From positions 124,001-188,000 of the forward strand of contig JAYWIR010000043.1 of assembly GCA_036172245.1 (NCBI GenBank): a DNA stretch of 64,000 nt. The letters run 5' to 3'. The first letter of the stretch is position 1, and every line of letters starts with the position of its first letter. Shown one piece after another: positions 1 to 12,383 of the stretch. Position numbers and translations under genes: made by a program. The stretch comes from Raillietiella orientalis. Lineage: Eukaryota. Below the pieces are notes generated by a model that saw nothing but the letters and a program-made list of their open reading frames with translations, did not search any database and had not been told where the DNA came from.

Positions 1-487
1 GTGTCCGATGGCAGCGTTGCCCGAGGACACCGCGATAAAAGTAGGCGTGAGGGAGGCTTGTTCGTCCCCACAGCCTACTAGATCAGGGGCATCCGCCCCG
101 GAATCGTCCCCGGCGAAGCCATGGTCATGGAGCGCCATGGTGGCCGCTCCTACTGTGGAAGCCATCGCCGAGATAGAAGCCTACAAGATAGCGGGGTATA
201 AACCCTCGCTAGTCTACAAGGTAGGCAACCTTTTTGATGGGCGAATTGCACGCAACTTTAAGAAGGCGCTGCGGAACGCCAATATCTTCGAAGAAGATCT
301 TGACGGCCTATCCGTCCTCAGCGGCGGGCAGCGGGTCGAGGTGGTATGCAAAGATATCAGTTTGGCCCGACGCCTAATCACCCACCCTCTGATCGTTGAA
401 GGTCGTAAGATCTTGCCGGTGACCATCGACCGCTGGGTGGTGGTCCATCTCACTGGGATCTCGAGTCGAATGACTAGGTCAGCGGTT
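1..487 (+). pseudogene. N-terminal fragment of L1/Tx1-like ORF1 (gag-like protein), same family as L1-D
   Basis: ORF 8-496 (MAALPEDTA...WSAMVAAP...GYKPSLVYKVGNLFDGR...LSVLSGGQRVEVVCKD) is colinear with L1-D ORF1 at 28196; similarity stops at about 487. Confidence 0.9.
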
Positions 488-844
488 CAGCCATGAGTTC
501 TTCCACCGCCTGCAGGAAGGCGTCATCCTCGATTGCGTCGAGCTCGGCGCGCGGTTCCCCCTCTCTTTCGCCAGAGGGTTCAATATCGACAGTCGCCACT
601 TCACCGGACGCGAGAACAGGGATTGCTCCCCCAGTGGCGGCATCAGTTGCCTCCACACTTTCCACTTCTACCGAACAAGCGCGGAGCTTTTCGCGGCACG
701 ATTTTGTGCGCTGCGTTTTTGTCTTAACAGCGCTTCGTTCGGGACTCCCAGGCGTTCTTCTAAGATGTACCATCTGCTAGCCTACGCCGTCGCCAGCGTG
801 GTCAAGAGTGCTCTCAACCGAAGTTTGCTGGGATGGCATGAGGG
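488..844 (-). pseudogene. Internal/C-terminal fragment of another L1/Tx1-like ORF1
   Basis: Minus frame reads VESTLDHAGDGVG*Q...LRACSVEVE...GEPRAELDAIEDDAFLQAVEELMAE, matching L1-G ORF1 (ESTDHAEKSEGWQ...IRECSVALE...GEPRDALAAIDEAAFQQAAEELAAE). Confidence 0.85.
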
Positions 845-943
845 NNNNNNNNNNNNNNNNNNNNNNNNNNNNNNNNNNNNNNNNNNNNNNNNNNNNNNNN
901 NNNNNNNNNNNNNNNNNNNNNNNNNNNNNNNNNNNNNNNNNNN
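845..943. other. Assembly gap (run of N)
   Basis: 99 consecutive N bases. Confidence 1.
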
Positions 944-1046
944 GTCCGCACGAGAAAAAGCTTTCATTTTCGAAACACACGAATGCAGTACAGCATCGAT
1001 GACCTGTTCCGTCTTGTCACACACGTGAACGGTCTTTTACGGCTGG

Positions 1047-1086
1047 GCATGCGTCAACTGTGAAGCGCGTCACTGTTGACGCATGC
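1047..1086. repeat. 40-nt inverted repeat/hairpin, once per unit (also 6769-6808, 12487-12526, 18221-18260)
   Basis: GCATGCGTCAAC-T-GTGA-AGCGCG-TCAC-T-GTTGACGCATGC: perfect 12-bp stem plus 4-bp inner stem. Confidence 0.9.
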
Positions 1087-1532
1087 GCATCCAGAAACCA
1101 TGTTTCCCGTCTTCCGAAAACTGCACGCTATGAGACGGTTCCAAGCGATCGGAAGAGGAATCGGGAATACGCAGGGCTGTCTTTATCGTTCGCGGTTGCG
1201 TTGCGCCGGCCTGCAGACAGACCACCGGCCAGGATGAGCGGAAAGTTCGGAAATCGGGGTAACTCGCTGCTGCTGCTGAGTAGGATGTAATTAGCGAGAG
1301 CGCTGGACGTGATCCTTGACGATGCCTTTGTCCCGAGCAAGCGGCATCTTTGCTTTGTTGCTGCGTGCAAAAGTGCGCATTAGCAGCACCTGCCAAAGTA
1401 TTTGATGTAGAAGGAAGGGAAAAGAAAAGCTCTGCATAATCCCCAGCTAAGGATCCTCCGTGTTGTGGGCAGTGAAACCGCTACCCCGAAACGGATAGAG
1501 AGTCCTCGAGTTTTCCTTCGTTACCCACGGTT

Positions 1533-1557
1533 TCAGCTCAGCTCAGCTCAGCTCAGC
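1533..1557. repeat. (TCAGC)5 microsatellite, once per unit
   Basis: Five perfect TCAGC copies, also present in the other three units. Confidence 0.9.
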
Positions 1558-4500
1558 CATGTCGCTGGGATTTTTCACGCTTGCGTTCCCTGTACAAGTC
1601 CAGCATCCGAGATCCGCATGCAGGCATTGCTCGAATTGCGAACGCTCTGGGAGGATGTGTGTGAACCTGAGGTTCGGAAGCCATCGCGTAGCCTTCTTGG
1701 ACGCGCGCCTGGAAGAACACGACACCATTTGAGGTTGCCAGTGGTAGCGGAATGCCTGATCGACGAATGCGGATTTCCGTGCATTCGCGCTGGGAATTCG
1801 CGAAAACGTATAGAGAATGTAGTGGTATGATCTTGTCGGCTTGAGGCCAACCCATGGGAATGGCGAGAGATGGGAAGGTGCCGGTTGCCGAAATCAAGGA
1901 GGCGGCATGCTATATGGTGGTGGCTCCACGATCCTCTTGCCTTCGGTTGCGTACCGTCACGCTCTGGTCGGCTGCCTCAGCTACCCTGGGGTGCAACAAC
2001 AGATCCAAGGATTGGACAACGGAGCACGGCCACGCTTAAGGAAGAGCAACTCTTTTTGATTTGATGAAGGGAGCTCGTGGGAGCGTGAGGCCGCCAGAAG
2101 TCGGCCCCGCCGCAGCCGACCGATGGCGGCAACCTCGCCGGTGTGCTCAGCACGCCGAAAGCTCGCCGCCAAGGCTCCACTGGATTTGATCGATGTTGGT
2201 GGACAGGGTCGTGAGGAACTTGTCGAAACCGCTTCTGCAACGAAGACACATGATGCGCCATGCACGAAACGCATAGCTGCCGAAGGTGGGTGCGCTGCTC
2301 ACTCGTATGTCGTGTGCTCATCCTGACTGCCCAGCAGCGAACCAGCCACGCAGGAGAACTGAAACGAAGAACAGGCAACATGGGTATCCGAAGGAGGAAA
2401 CGCAGCGTTTTCGAAAGGCACCACCACGGGGAAAGCGCACAGGCGAGGCTCACCTGCATCTCGCTCAGCGCACCGCCGTCCGCCAGCAGCGCGCGGTAAT
2501 CGAGAGGCAGCGCTTCCGCGCCGCCGTCTGGCTCTTGCGTACGAAACCTGAGGAAGCACCGCGCGACGAATTGGTGTTGTGCGGTACTCTTGGATGCCGC
2601 CAGAGAAAACCTCGGTCTTTCCCCTCACTCTGTGGGCCACCGAGTGTTCTCTTACCTGCCGGGTGCATCCTGCTCGTTCTCGCTCTGTTCTTCGTCACCG
2701 AGCACCTGCGCGATGTTTTGAAGCCTGAAAAAAGGTGCAGGAGGAGAGCGCAACATGGAAGGAGAGCACGCTAGCAGCGCCCGGCGACTGGACTCACCGG
2801 AGCGTGCAGACGTCGAAGAGGCGGGCCTGCGTCAGTTCGCTAGCGATCTGAAAGGAAGGAGAGGGACCGTGGGGAGGAGGAACGGACACAAGAGAGGATG
2901 CGCGGATGGCCGGCGAATGGAGGCTCACGCAGAGCACCGAAGAGAGAGGGCGAGCGCGAGTGGGAAGGAGCCCGAGCTGACTGCGAGACCTAAGTAGGCG
3001 CTTTGCCTGCTACGCGTAAAGCGAACCGCCACCGCGGCATTACGTCTTTGGAAGGGGCTCGTTGGGCGGCCGGGCGCACAGCAGACTCGACGTACGGATG
3101 GATCGTTCGCCGGGCTTCGGTGGGATTTTGCCGCCACTCCTCTTCCTTGCAGTCGTCCACCTGCATGCTGCGATGCGGAAGAAGAAAAAAGGGGATGTTC
3201 GAGGAAAGGATGCGAGCTAAAGGGCAGGCTAACCTCGTCTTTTGCCTGTCCTCCCCCTCATGCTCCAACAGTTTGCCCATGAGCGCGTGCTTCCTCGTGA
3301 ACCCATCCTGCGACGGCACGTCCCCCGACTCGGCCTGCAGGATGTTCTGGAAAGAAGAGCGGGACGTGATAAGCGCACATCTCTTGCCCGATCTTTCGGC
3401 CGGCAATCAACGATCGACGGCCTCACCTGGACGATGGTTTTCCTCGTGCGATGCTCATGGGCATCCTTGGAACGTGAAGGGCAGGGGTGGGCCGGAGGGT
3501 CGATGGTTGTGCGACGCATCTGGCAGCCTGGAGTCTTGAAGCGGCTCTTGTTGGCATGCTGCTTCTGCAAAAGAGTCCGCCAAGCGGGTGGGCGTGAGAA
3601 AGTACAAGTCGATGTCGTTTGCAGTGGCTACGCCGAGCGCGAGCCCTAGGAAACGCGCGCAATCTTTCCGACTGCGGCACGGGACATGCGTCGTCTTTCG
3701 CACCTTGTCCGAACTTCTGCCCGCCAGTTTCTTCACCTGCTGGGACACGTGGGTGCGATCCGGACGTCCCTTCCGTGTGATCCTGGATTCCTTTTCTACC
3801 TGGAAAGACGTGAAACACAAAAGAATGTCCGAAGTGGAAGTCAACGTCGCTCAAACACGTCGCGGCGATCGGGTGTGTCCACGTACCTGCAAGGAAGCGC
3901 GCGTCTTCTTGGTTGCTCCACCTTTCAATTCGCTGCCATCGCTCTTCTTCCGATCAGTGGTGCAGGAAGGAGCCGAGGCTTTTTGCGTACAGCGCGGGCC
4001 CCGAAGCATCGGAACTGTTTTCTGGTCGCGGGAGACGCGCGTTCGGAGACGGCCGCCCGCCATCTCCGCCTGCGCATCCGTCCACGACTCGCCCAACTGA
4101 AAGCGGAAGAGGCTTTCACGCTGCCCACCTCTCGCTCCGGAACCTACCGCTGTCAACAAGTCATCCTGCAACGTGGTGTCCTGCAGGGGCGACAGGGACA
4201 CTCGTTAGGCAAGTAAGCGCGCAGCGCCCCCAACCGCTCCGCGAGCTCGCTCGGCGCACCTTACCGCCCTTCCCAGAATGTCTCGGTTGCGGATTTCGTG
4301 TGCGTCGTCTAGCCCACTATCTAGCACGACTCTGGAGACTTCCCTCACCAAGGTCACCAGCTGCTGCGCGGTAGAGGACAAGCAGTTCTGCTTGTCAGCA
4401 ACCGGCAAAATAGCGACCAATTCCTGAGATGCAAAAATTAGGGCGAAGTTCAGGAAAGGTGTTAGTCGCGCGTGCGCAGCGGGCCAGCGCTTGCTGCTGA

Positions 4501-6665
4501 ACGCGCGTGGTCACCGTTCGGCGCGGACCTCTCACCTCCAATGCTCGTAGCATCCAGCGATGTGTTGAAATGAGCCTGGAAAGAAACCAGGCATCCGGTG
4601 GCGATCCCGCGCTTCTGGCTTTCTTCTCGAGTTCTCTGCTCACGTTTCCGTAATGATACAGCTCAGCGCTCATTCTGGAGAGAAAGCCCCGTCTCCTCTC
4701 CATCCGACGCTTTCTATCTTTGTCGTCCTCAGGAAGGATGCACATCGGCATCCTGAGCAGTTCCTTCATGGTGTCCAACGTGCCGTCGATTCTGCTCCTA
4801 AGGAGGAGCAGAGCAACCCTGTACGCTGAAAGGCAGCTTTGGCCGCCTAGGCAGTCCATCCTGCCGCTGGAATTTTGGTTTGCGGAATGAAAAATGCAAG
4901 CAGCGCGGGCGTCTCCATGGTTTCCTTTCTTTTACAGATGAAAAGTCACAACCGAAGGAGAGGCAGAACGGATTTTGCACGTTTCGCGCGATGCCGATCC
5001 GCCTGCGCCGTTCCTTTCTTGCTATTGGCGAATTGCGAGGTCGCAGCTACCAGCAGTTTGTCGTGTTGCATTTCGATTGATTGCTTCCTAGACGGAAGGA
5101 ATCGTAGAGGATCCCCATCGGATTCCGGAATGATGTTGTCGGTCGCATACAGTTTCGACATTCCAAAGGACGGAGGGAGGGATCGAAGGGGAGGGGGCGA
5201 TGAAAGGGATGGACTCGCTTTTTCCGTTTGTGGTCACGATGCCCGGGATACGCGCACACGGGAAAGGCAGGTGCTGTTGCGTTCTAGTGCTGAGCCAATT
5301 TCCTGGAATGCGTGAATCGCCTGGATGGGAACCCGTATGAGTGAAAGGGTGGCTGCTCGCCAGGAGGGAGAATAGTCGGCCACCCTGCAGCAATTGCAAG
5401 GTTGGGTAGGGTAGATGTGCTCAAATGAAATTTTCTTGGTTTCCTGGTTTGCGTCGTGACTTGAGGTGCGCATGACGAGTGGGCATGGGTCGATGGTGGG
5501 AACGTGGTGGATGGATGCGCAATATTCGTAGATTCCTGTTTCCACGACAAAGGGCCTGGGATTTTCTGAATTGCGTGGACATCTTGGGTATGCATTGGAA
5601 GAGGAACTGAGGAAAGGGAAGCGTTTGGCGGCACGCGAGTAGGTTCGATGTGACCGGGTACATTTTCAGGGCGTCGACATTGGAGGTTGATGCATAGGTG
5701 AACCGAAATTCTCACCAATTGCAAATGCTTTCCGTTGCGACGTGAGGAATGTGAATGCGAGGGAAGTGCGGGCGCTTGGATAGGAAAAATACAGGGAAGC
5801 AAGGAACGGCCCAGCTGGGCAGAGTGGAAAGAGAATTCGCAGCGCCAGTTCGCGTCTTTGGCAATCTAGCTGCCAGGGATCGAGCCAAGGTAGAAGAAGT
5901 GCTGCATATTGCAGGTAATGCGAAGAAGGACTCGGAGAAGGTGTGCCGAATGACTTGGTATGCTGACGTGATTGAAAATTTACAGGTTAAACACGTATGC
6001 ATTTAACGTCGCTAGAGCCACCGCCACGTACATACAGCCGGGGCAGCCCAGCGGGCTGCTTGCACTAAGCAAAGCATAGGCAGCCGGGGAAGAAGCGGGC
6101 CGAAGGGTGACGAACGGCGAAATTGAATAGACGAGGGATGGCGAAGAAATGTCTAAAGCCGCACTTGGGCAGCGAAGAAAAGTCTCAAAGCTTAGCAAGA
6201 TGACTTCAAGAATGTTGAACTGCGTTCCTGCATTTTGACAAAGTCGGTTGTCAGATTGCGGTTCCGGAAAAGAGAAAGCGCGATACGTCGAAGGCAGATA
6301 TTTGAACGGGGGGTTCGGACAGAGAACTAGTTGGACGAAGGGGAGGTGGACCAGGGGAAAAAGAAGAGCGTAGCCATGCTCTTGCAGAATGCAAGGTAAT
6401 GTGGTCCGTATTTTCAAAACCCTTTCCACTTTCATCCGTTTGTAAAAACACATGGAATGCAGGACTGAATGTGGAAGTGGATTTTCTGTACTCGACGAAT
6501 GGCTAGAATGCGAGACGTAATGCGAGTCTGTCGAAAAATGCTGAAAACGCTAAAAGCATTGCCAGCCGTCCGCAGGCACATTCTGCTGCCAGCGACGCGG
6601 TATTCTTTCTTCGTTTCTTCTGGAGGCCTCTGCTGGTGTTTCCTAAAGGCAGTCGGCGCACCGCG

Positions 6666-9600
6666 GTCCGCACGAGAAAAAGCTTTCATTTTCGAAACAC
6701 ACGAATGCAGTACAGCATCGATGACCTGTTCCGTCTTGTCACAAACGCTAACGGTCTTTTACGGCTGGGCATGCGTCAACTGTGAAGCGCGTCACTGTTG
6801 ACGCATGCGCATCCAGAAACCATGTTTCCCTTTTTCCGAAAACTGCACGCTGCGAGACGGTTCCAAGCGATCGGAAGAGGAATCGGGAATACGCTGAGCT
6901 GTCTTTATCGTTCGCGGTTTCGTTGCGCCGGCCTGCAGACAGACCACCGGCCAGGATGAGCGGAAAGTTCGGAAATCGGGGTAACTCGCTGCTGCTGCTG
7001 AGTAGGATGTAATTAGCGAGAGCGCTGGACGTGATCCTTGACGATGCCTTTGTCCCGAGCAAGCGGCATCTTTGCTTTGTTGCTGCGTGCAAAAGTGCGC
7101 ATTAGCAGCACCTGCCAAAGGATTTGATGTAGAAGGAAGGGAAAAGAAAAGCTCTGCATAATCCCCAGCTAAGGATCCTCCGTGTTGTGGGCAGTGAAAC
7201 CGCTACCCCGAAACGGATAGAGAGTCCTCGAGTTTTCCTTCGTTACCCACGGTTTCAGCTCAGCTCAGCTCAGCTCAGCCATGTCGCTGGGATTTTTCAC
7301 GCTTGCGTTCCCTGTACAAGTCCAGCATCCGAGATCCGCATGCAGGCATTGCTCGAATTGCGAACGCTCTGGGAGGATATGTGTGAACCTGAGGTTCGGA
7401 AGCCATCGCGTAGCCTTCTTGGACGCGCGCCTGGAAGAACACGACACCATTTGAGGTTGCCAGTGGTAGCGGAATGCCTGATCGACGAATGCGGATTTCC
7501 GTGCATTCGCGCTGGGAATTCGCGAAAACGTATAGAGAATGTAGTGGTATGATCTTGTCGGCTTGAGGCCAACCCATGGGAATGGCGAGAGATGGGAAGG
7601 TGCCGGTTGCCGAAATCAAGGTGGCGGCATGCTATATGGTGGTGGCTCCACGATCCTCTTGCCTTCGGTTGCGTACCGTCACGCTCTGGTCGGCTGCCTC
7701 AGCTACCCTGGGGTGCAACAACAGATCCAAGGATTGGACAACGGAGCACGGCCACGCTTAAGGAAGAGCAACTCTTTTTGATTTGATGAAGGGAGCTCGT
7801 GGGAGCGTAAGGCCGCCAGAAGTCGGCCCCGCCGCAGCCGACCGATGGCGGCAACCTCGCCGGTGTGCTCAGCACGCCGAAAGCTCGCCGCCAAGGCTCC
7901 ACTGGATTTGATCGATGTTGGTGGACAGGGTCGTGAGGAACTTGTCGAAACCGCTTCTGCAACGAAGACACATGATGCGCCATGCACGAAACGCATAGCT
8001 GCCGAAGGTGGGTGCGCTGCTCACTCGTATGTCGTGTGCTCATCCTGACTGCCCAGCAGCGAACCAGCCACGCAGGAGAACTGAAACGAAGAACAGGCAA
8101 CATGGGTATCCGAAGGAGGAAACGCAGCGTTTTCGAAAGGCACCACCACGGGGAAAGCGCACAGGCGAGGCTCACCTGCATCTCGCTCAGCGCACCGCCG
8201 TCCGCCAGCAGCGCGCGGTAATCGAGAGGCAGCGCTTCCGCGCCGCCGTCTGGCTCTTGCGTACGAAACCTGAGGAAGCACCGCGCGACGAATTGGTGTT
8301 GTGCGGTACTCTTGGATGCCGCCAGAGGGAACCTCGGTCTTTCCCCTCACTCTGCGGGCCACCGAGTGTTCTCTCACCTGCCGGGTGCATCCTGCTCGTT
8401 CTCGCTCTGTTCTTCGTCACCGAGCACCTGCGCGATGTTTTGAAGCCTGAAAAAAGGTGCAGGAGGAGAGCGCAACATGGAAGGAGAGCACGCTAGCAGC
8501 GCCCGGCGACTGGACTCACCGGAGCGGGCAGACGTCGAAGAGGCGGGCCTGCGTCAGTTCGCTAGCGATCTGAAAGGAAGGGAGAGGGACCGTGGGGAGG
8601 AGGAACGGACACAAGAGAGGATGCGCGGATGGCCGGCGAATGGAGGCTCACGCAGAGCACCGAAGAGAGAGGGCGAGCGCGAGTGGGAAGGCGCCCGAGC
8701 TGACTGCGAGACCTAAGTAGGCGCTTTGCCTGCTACGCGTAAAGCGAACCGCCACCGCGGCATTACGTCTTTGGAAGGGGCTCGTTGGGCGGCCGGGCGC
8801 ACAGCAGACTCGACGTACGGATGGATCGTCCGCCGGGCTTCGGTGGGATTTTGCCGCCACTCCTCTTCCTTGCAGTCGTCCACCTGCATGCTGCGATGCG
8901 GAAGAAGAAAAAAGGGGATGTTCGAGGAAAGGATGCGAGCTAAAGGGCAGGCTAACCTCGTCTTTTGCCTGTCCTCCCCCTCATGCTCCAACAGTTTGCC
9001 CATGAGCGCGTGCTTCCTCGTGAACCCATCCTGCGACGGCACGTCCCCCGACTCGGCCTGCAGGATGTTCTGGGAAGAAGAGCGGGACGTGATAAGCGCA
9101 CATCTCTTGCCCGATCTTTCGGCCGGCAATCAACGATCGACGGCCTCACCTGGACGATGGTTTTCCTCGTGCGATGCTCATGGGCATCCTTGGAACGTGA
9201 AGGGCAGGGGTGGGCCGGAGGGTCGATGGTTGTGCGACGCATCTGGCAGCCTGGAGTCTTGAAGCGGCTCTTGTTGGCATGCTGCTTCTGCAAAAGAGTC
9301 CGCCAAGCGGGTGGGCGTGAGAAAGTACAAGTCGATGTCGTTTGCAGTGGCTACGCCGAGCGCGAGCCCTAGGAAACGCGCGCAATCTTTCCGACTGCGG
9401 CACGGGACATGCGTCGTCTTTCGCACCTTGTCCGAGCTTCTGCCCGCCAGTTTCTTCACCTGCTGGGACACGTGGGTGCGATCCGGACGTCCCTTCCGTG
9501 TGATCCTCGATTCCTTTTCTACCTGGAAAGACGTGAAACACAAAAGAATGTCCGAAGTGGAAGTCAACGTCGCTCAAACACGTCGCGGCGATCGGGTGTG

Positions 9601-12383
9601 TCCACGTACCTGCAAGGAAGCGCGCGTCTTCTTGGTTGCGCCACCTTTCAATTCGCTGCCATCGCTCTTTTTCCGATCAGTGGTGCAGGAAGGAGCCGAG
9701 GCTTTTTGCGTACAGCGCGGGCCCCGAAGCATCGGAACTGTTTTCTGGTCGCGGGAGACGCGCGTTCGGAGACGGCCGCCCGCCATCTCCGCCTGCGCAT
9801 CCGTCCACGACTCGCCCAACTGAAAGCGGAAGAGGCTTTCACGCTGCCCACCTCTCGCTCCGGAACCTACCGCTGTCAACAAGTCATCCTGCAACGTGGT
9901 GTCCTGCAGGGGCGACAGGGACACTCGTTAGGCAAGTAAGCGCGCAGCGCCCCCAACCGCTCCGCGAGCTCGCTCGGCGCACCTTACCGCCCTTCCCAGA
10001 ATGTCTCGGTTGCGGATTTCGTGTGCGTCGTCTAGCCCACTATCTAGCACGACTCTGGAGACTTCCCTCACCAAGGTCACCAGCTGCTGCGCGGTAGAGG
10101 ACAAGCAGTTCTGCTTGTCAGCAACCGGCAAAATAGCGACCAATTCCTGAGATGCAAAAATTAGGGCGAAGTTCAGGAAAGGTGTTAGTCGCGCGTGCGC
10201 AGCGGGCCAGCGCTTGCTGCTGAACGCGCGTGGTCACCGTTCGGCGCGGACCTCTCACCTCCAATGCTCGTAGCATCCAGCGATGTGTTGAAATGAGCCT
10301 GGAAAGAAACCAGGCATCCGGTGGCGATCCCGCGCTTCTGGCTTTCTTCTCGAGTTCTCTGCTCACGTTTCCGTAATGATACAGCTCAGCGCTCATTCTG
10401 GAGAGAAAGCCCCGTCTCCTCTCCATCCGACGCTTTCTATCTTTGTCGTCCTCAGGAAGGATGCACATCGGCATCCTGAGCAGTTCCTTCATGGTGTCCA
10501 ACGTGCCGTCGATTCTGCTCCTAAGGAGGAGCAGAGCAACCCTGTACGCTGAAAGGCAGCTTTGGCCGCCTAGGCAGTCCATCCTGCCGCTGGAATTTTG
10601 GTTTGCGGAATGAAAAATGCAAGCAGCGCGGGCGTCTCCATGGTTTCCTTTCTTTTACAGATGAAAAGTCACAACCGAAGGAGAGGCAGAACGGATTTTG
10701 CACGTTTCGCGCGATGCCGATCCGCCGGCGCCGTTCCTTTCTTGCTATTGGCGAATTGCGAGGTCGCAGCTACCAGCAATTTGTCGTGTTGCATTTCGAT
10801 TGATTGCTTCCTAGACGAAAGGAATCGTAGAGGATCCCCATCGGATTCCGGAATGATGTTGTCGGTCGCATACAGTTTCGACATTCCAAAGGACGGAGGG
10901 AGGGATCGAGGGGGAGGGGGCGATGAAAGGGATGGACTCGCTTTTTCCGTTTGTTGTCACGATCCCCGGGATACGCGCACACGGGAAAGGCAGGTGCTGG
11001 TGCGTTCTAGAGCTGAGCCAATTTCCTGGAATGCGTGAATCGCCTGGATGGGAACCCGTATGAGTGAAAGGGTGTCGCCAGGAGGGAGAATAGTCGGCCA
11101 CCCTGCAGCAATTGCGAGGTTGGGTAGGGGAGATGTGCTCAAATGAAATTTTCTTGGTTTCCTGGTTTGCGTTGTGACTTGAGGTGCGCATGACGAGTGG
11201 GCATGGGTCGATGGGGGGAACGTGGTGGATGGATGCGCAATATTCGTAAATTCCTGTTTCCACGACAAAGGGCCTGGGATTTTCTGAATTGCGTGGACAT
11301 CTTGGGTATGCATTGGAAGAGGAACTGAGGAAAGGGAAGCGTTTGGCGGCACGCGAGTAGGTTCGATGTGACCGGGTACATTTTCAGGGCGTCGACATTG
11401 GAGGTTGATGCATAGGTGAACCGAAATTCTCACCAATTGCAAATGCTTTCCGTTGCGACGTGAGCAATGCGAATGCGAGGGAAGTGCGGGCGCTTGGATA
11501 GGAAAAATACAGGGAAGCAAGGAACGGCCCAGCAGGGCAGAGTGGAAAGAGAATTCGCAGCGCCAGTTCGCGTCTTTGGCAATCTAGCTGCCTGGGATCG
11601 AGCCAAGGTAGAAGAAGTGCTGCATATTGCAGGTAATGCGAAGAAGGACTCGGAGAAGGTGTGCCGAATGACTTGGTATGCTGACGTGATTGAAAATTTA
11701 CAGGTAGAACACGTATGCATTTAACGTCGCTAGAGCCACCGCCACGTACATACAGCCGGGGCAGCCCAGCGGGCTGCTTGCACGAAGCAAAGCATAGGCA
11801 GCCGGGGAAGATGCAAGCAGAAGGGTGACGAACGGCGAAATTGAATAGTCGAGGGATGGCGAAGAAATGTCTAAAGCCGCACTTGGGAAGCGAAGAAAAG
11901 TCTCAAAGCTTAGCAAGATGACTTCAAGAATGTTGAACTGCGTTCCTGCATTTTGACAAAGTCGGTTGTCAGATTGCGGTTCCGGAAAAGAGAAAGCGCG
12001 ATACGTCGAAGGCAGATATTTGAACGGGGGGTTCGGACAGAGAACTAGTTGGACGAAGGGGAGGTGGACCAGGGGAAAAAGAAGAGCGTAGCCATGCTCT
12101 TGCAGAATGCAAGGTAATGTGGTCCGTATTTTCAAAACCCTATCCACTTTCATCCGTTTGTAAAAACACATGGAATGCAGGACTGAATGTGGAAGTGGAT
12201 TTTCTGTACTCGACGAATGGCTAGAATGCGAGACGTAATGCGAGTCTGTCGAAAAATGCTGAAAACGCTGAAAGCATTGCCAGCCGTCCGCAGGCACATT
12301 CTGCTGTCAGCGACGCGGTATTCTTTCTTCGTTTCTTCTGGAGGCCTCTGCTGGTGTTTCCTAAAGGCAGTCGGCGCACCGCG
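6666..12383. repeat. Macrosatellite unit 2 (type B)
   Basis: Shares diagnostic variants with unit 4. Confidence 0.95.

Larger units (their letters stand above)
944..6665. repeat. Macrosatellite unit 1 (type A)
   Basis: Phase defined from the gap edge; shares diagnostic variants with unit 3. Confidence 0.95.

Noticed and set aside
1060..6800. The many 60-180 aa ORFs in each repeat unit as real genes
   Set aside because: They overlap in all six frames, have no recognisable domains, and are expected in GC-rich DNA.
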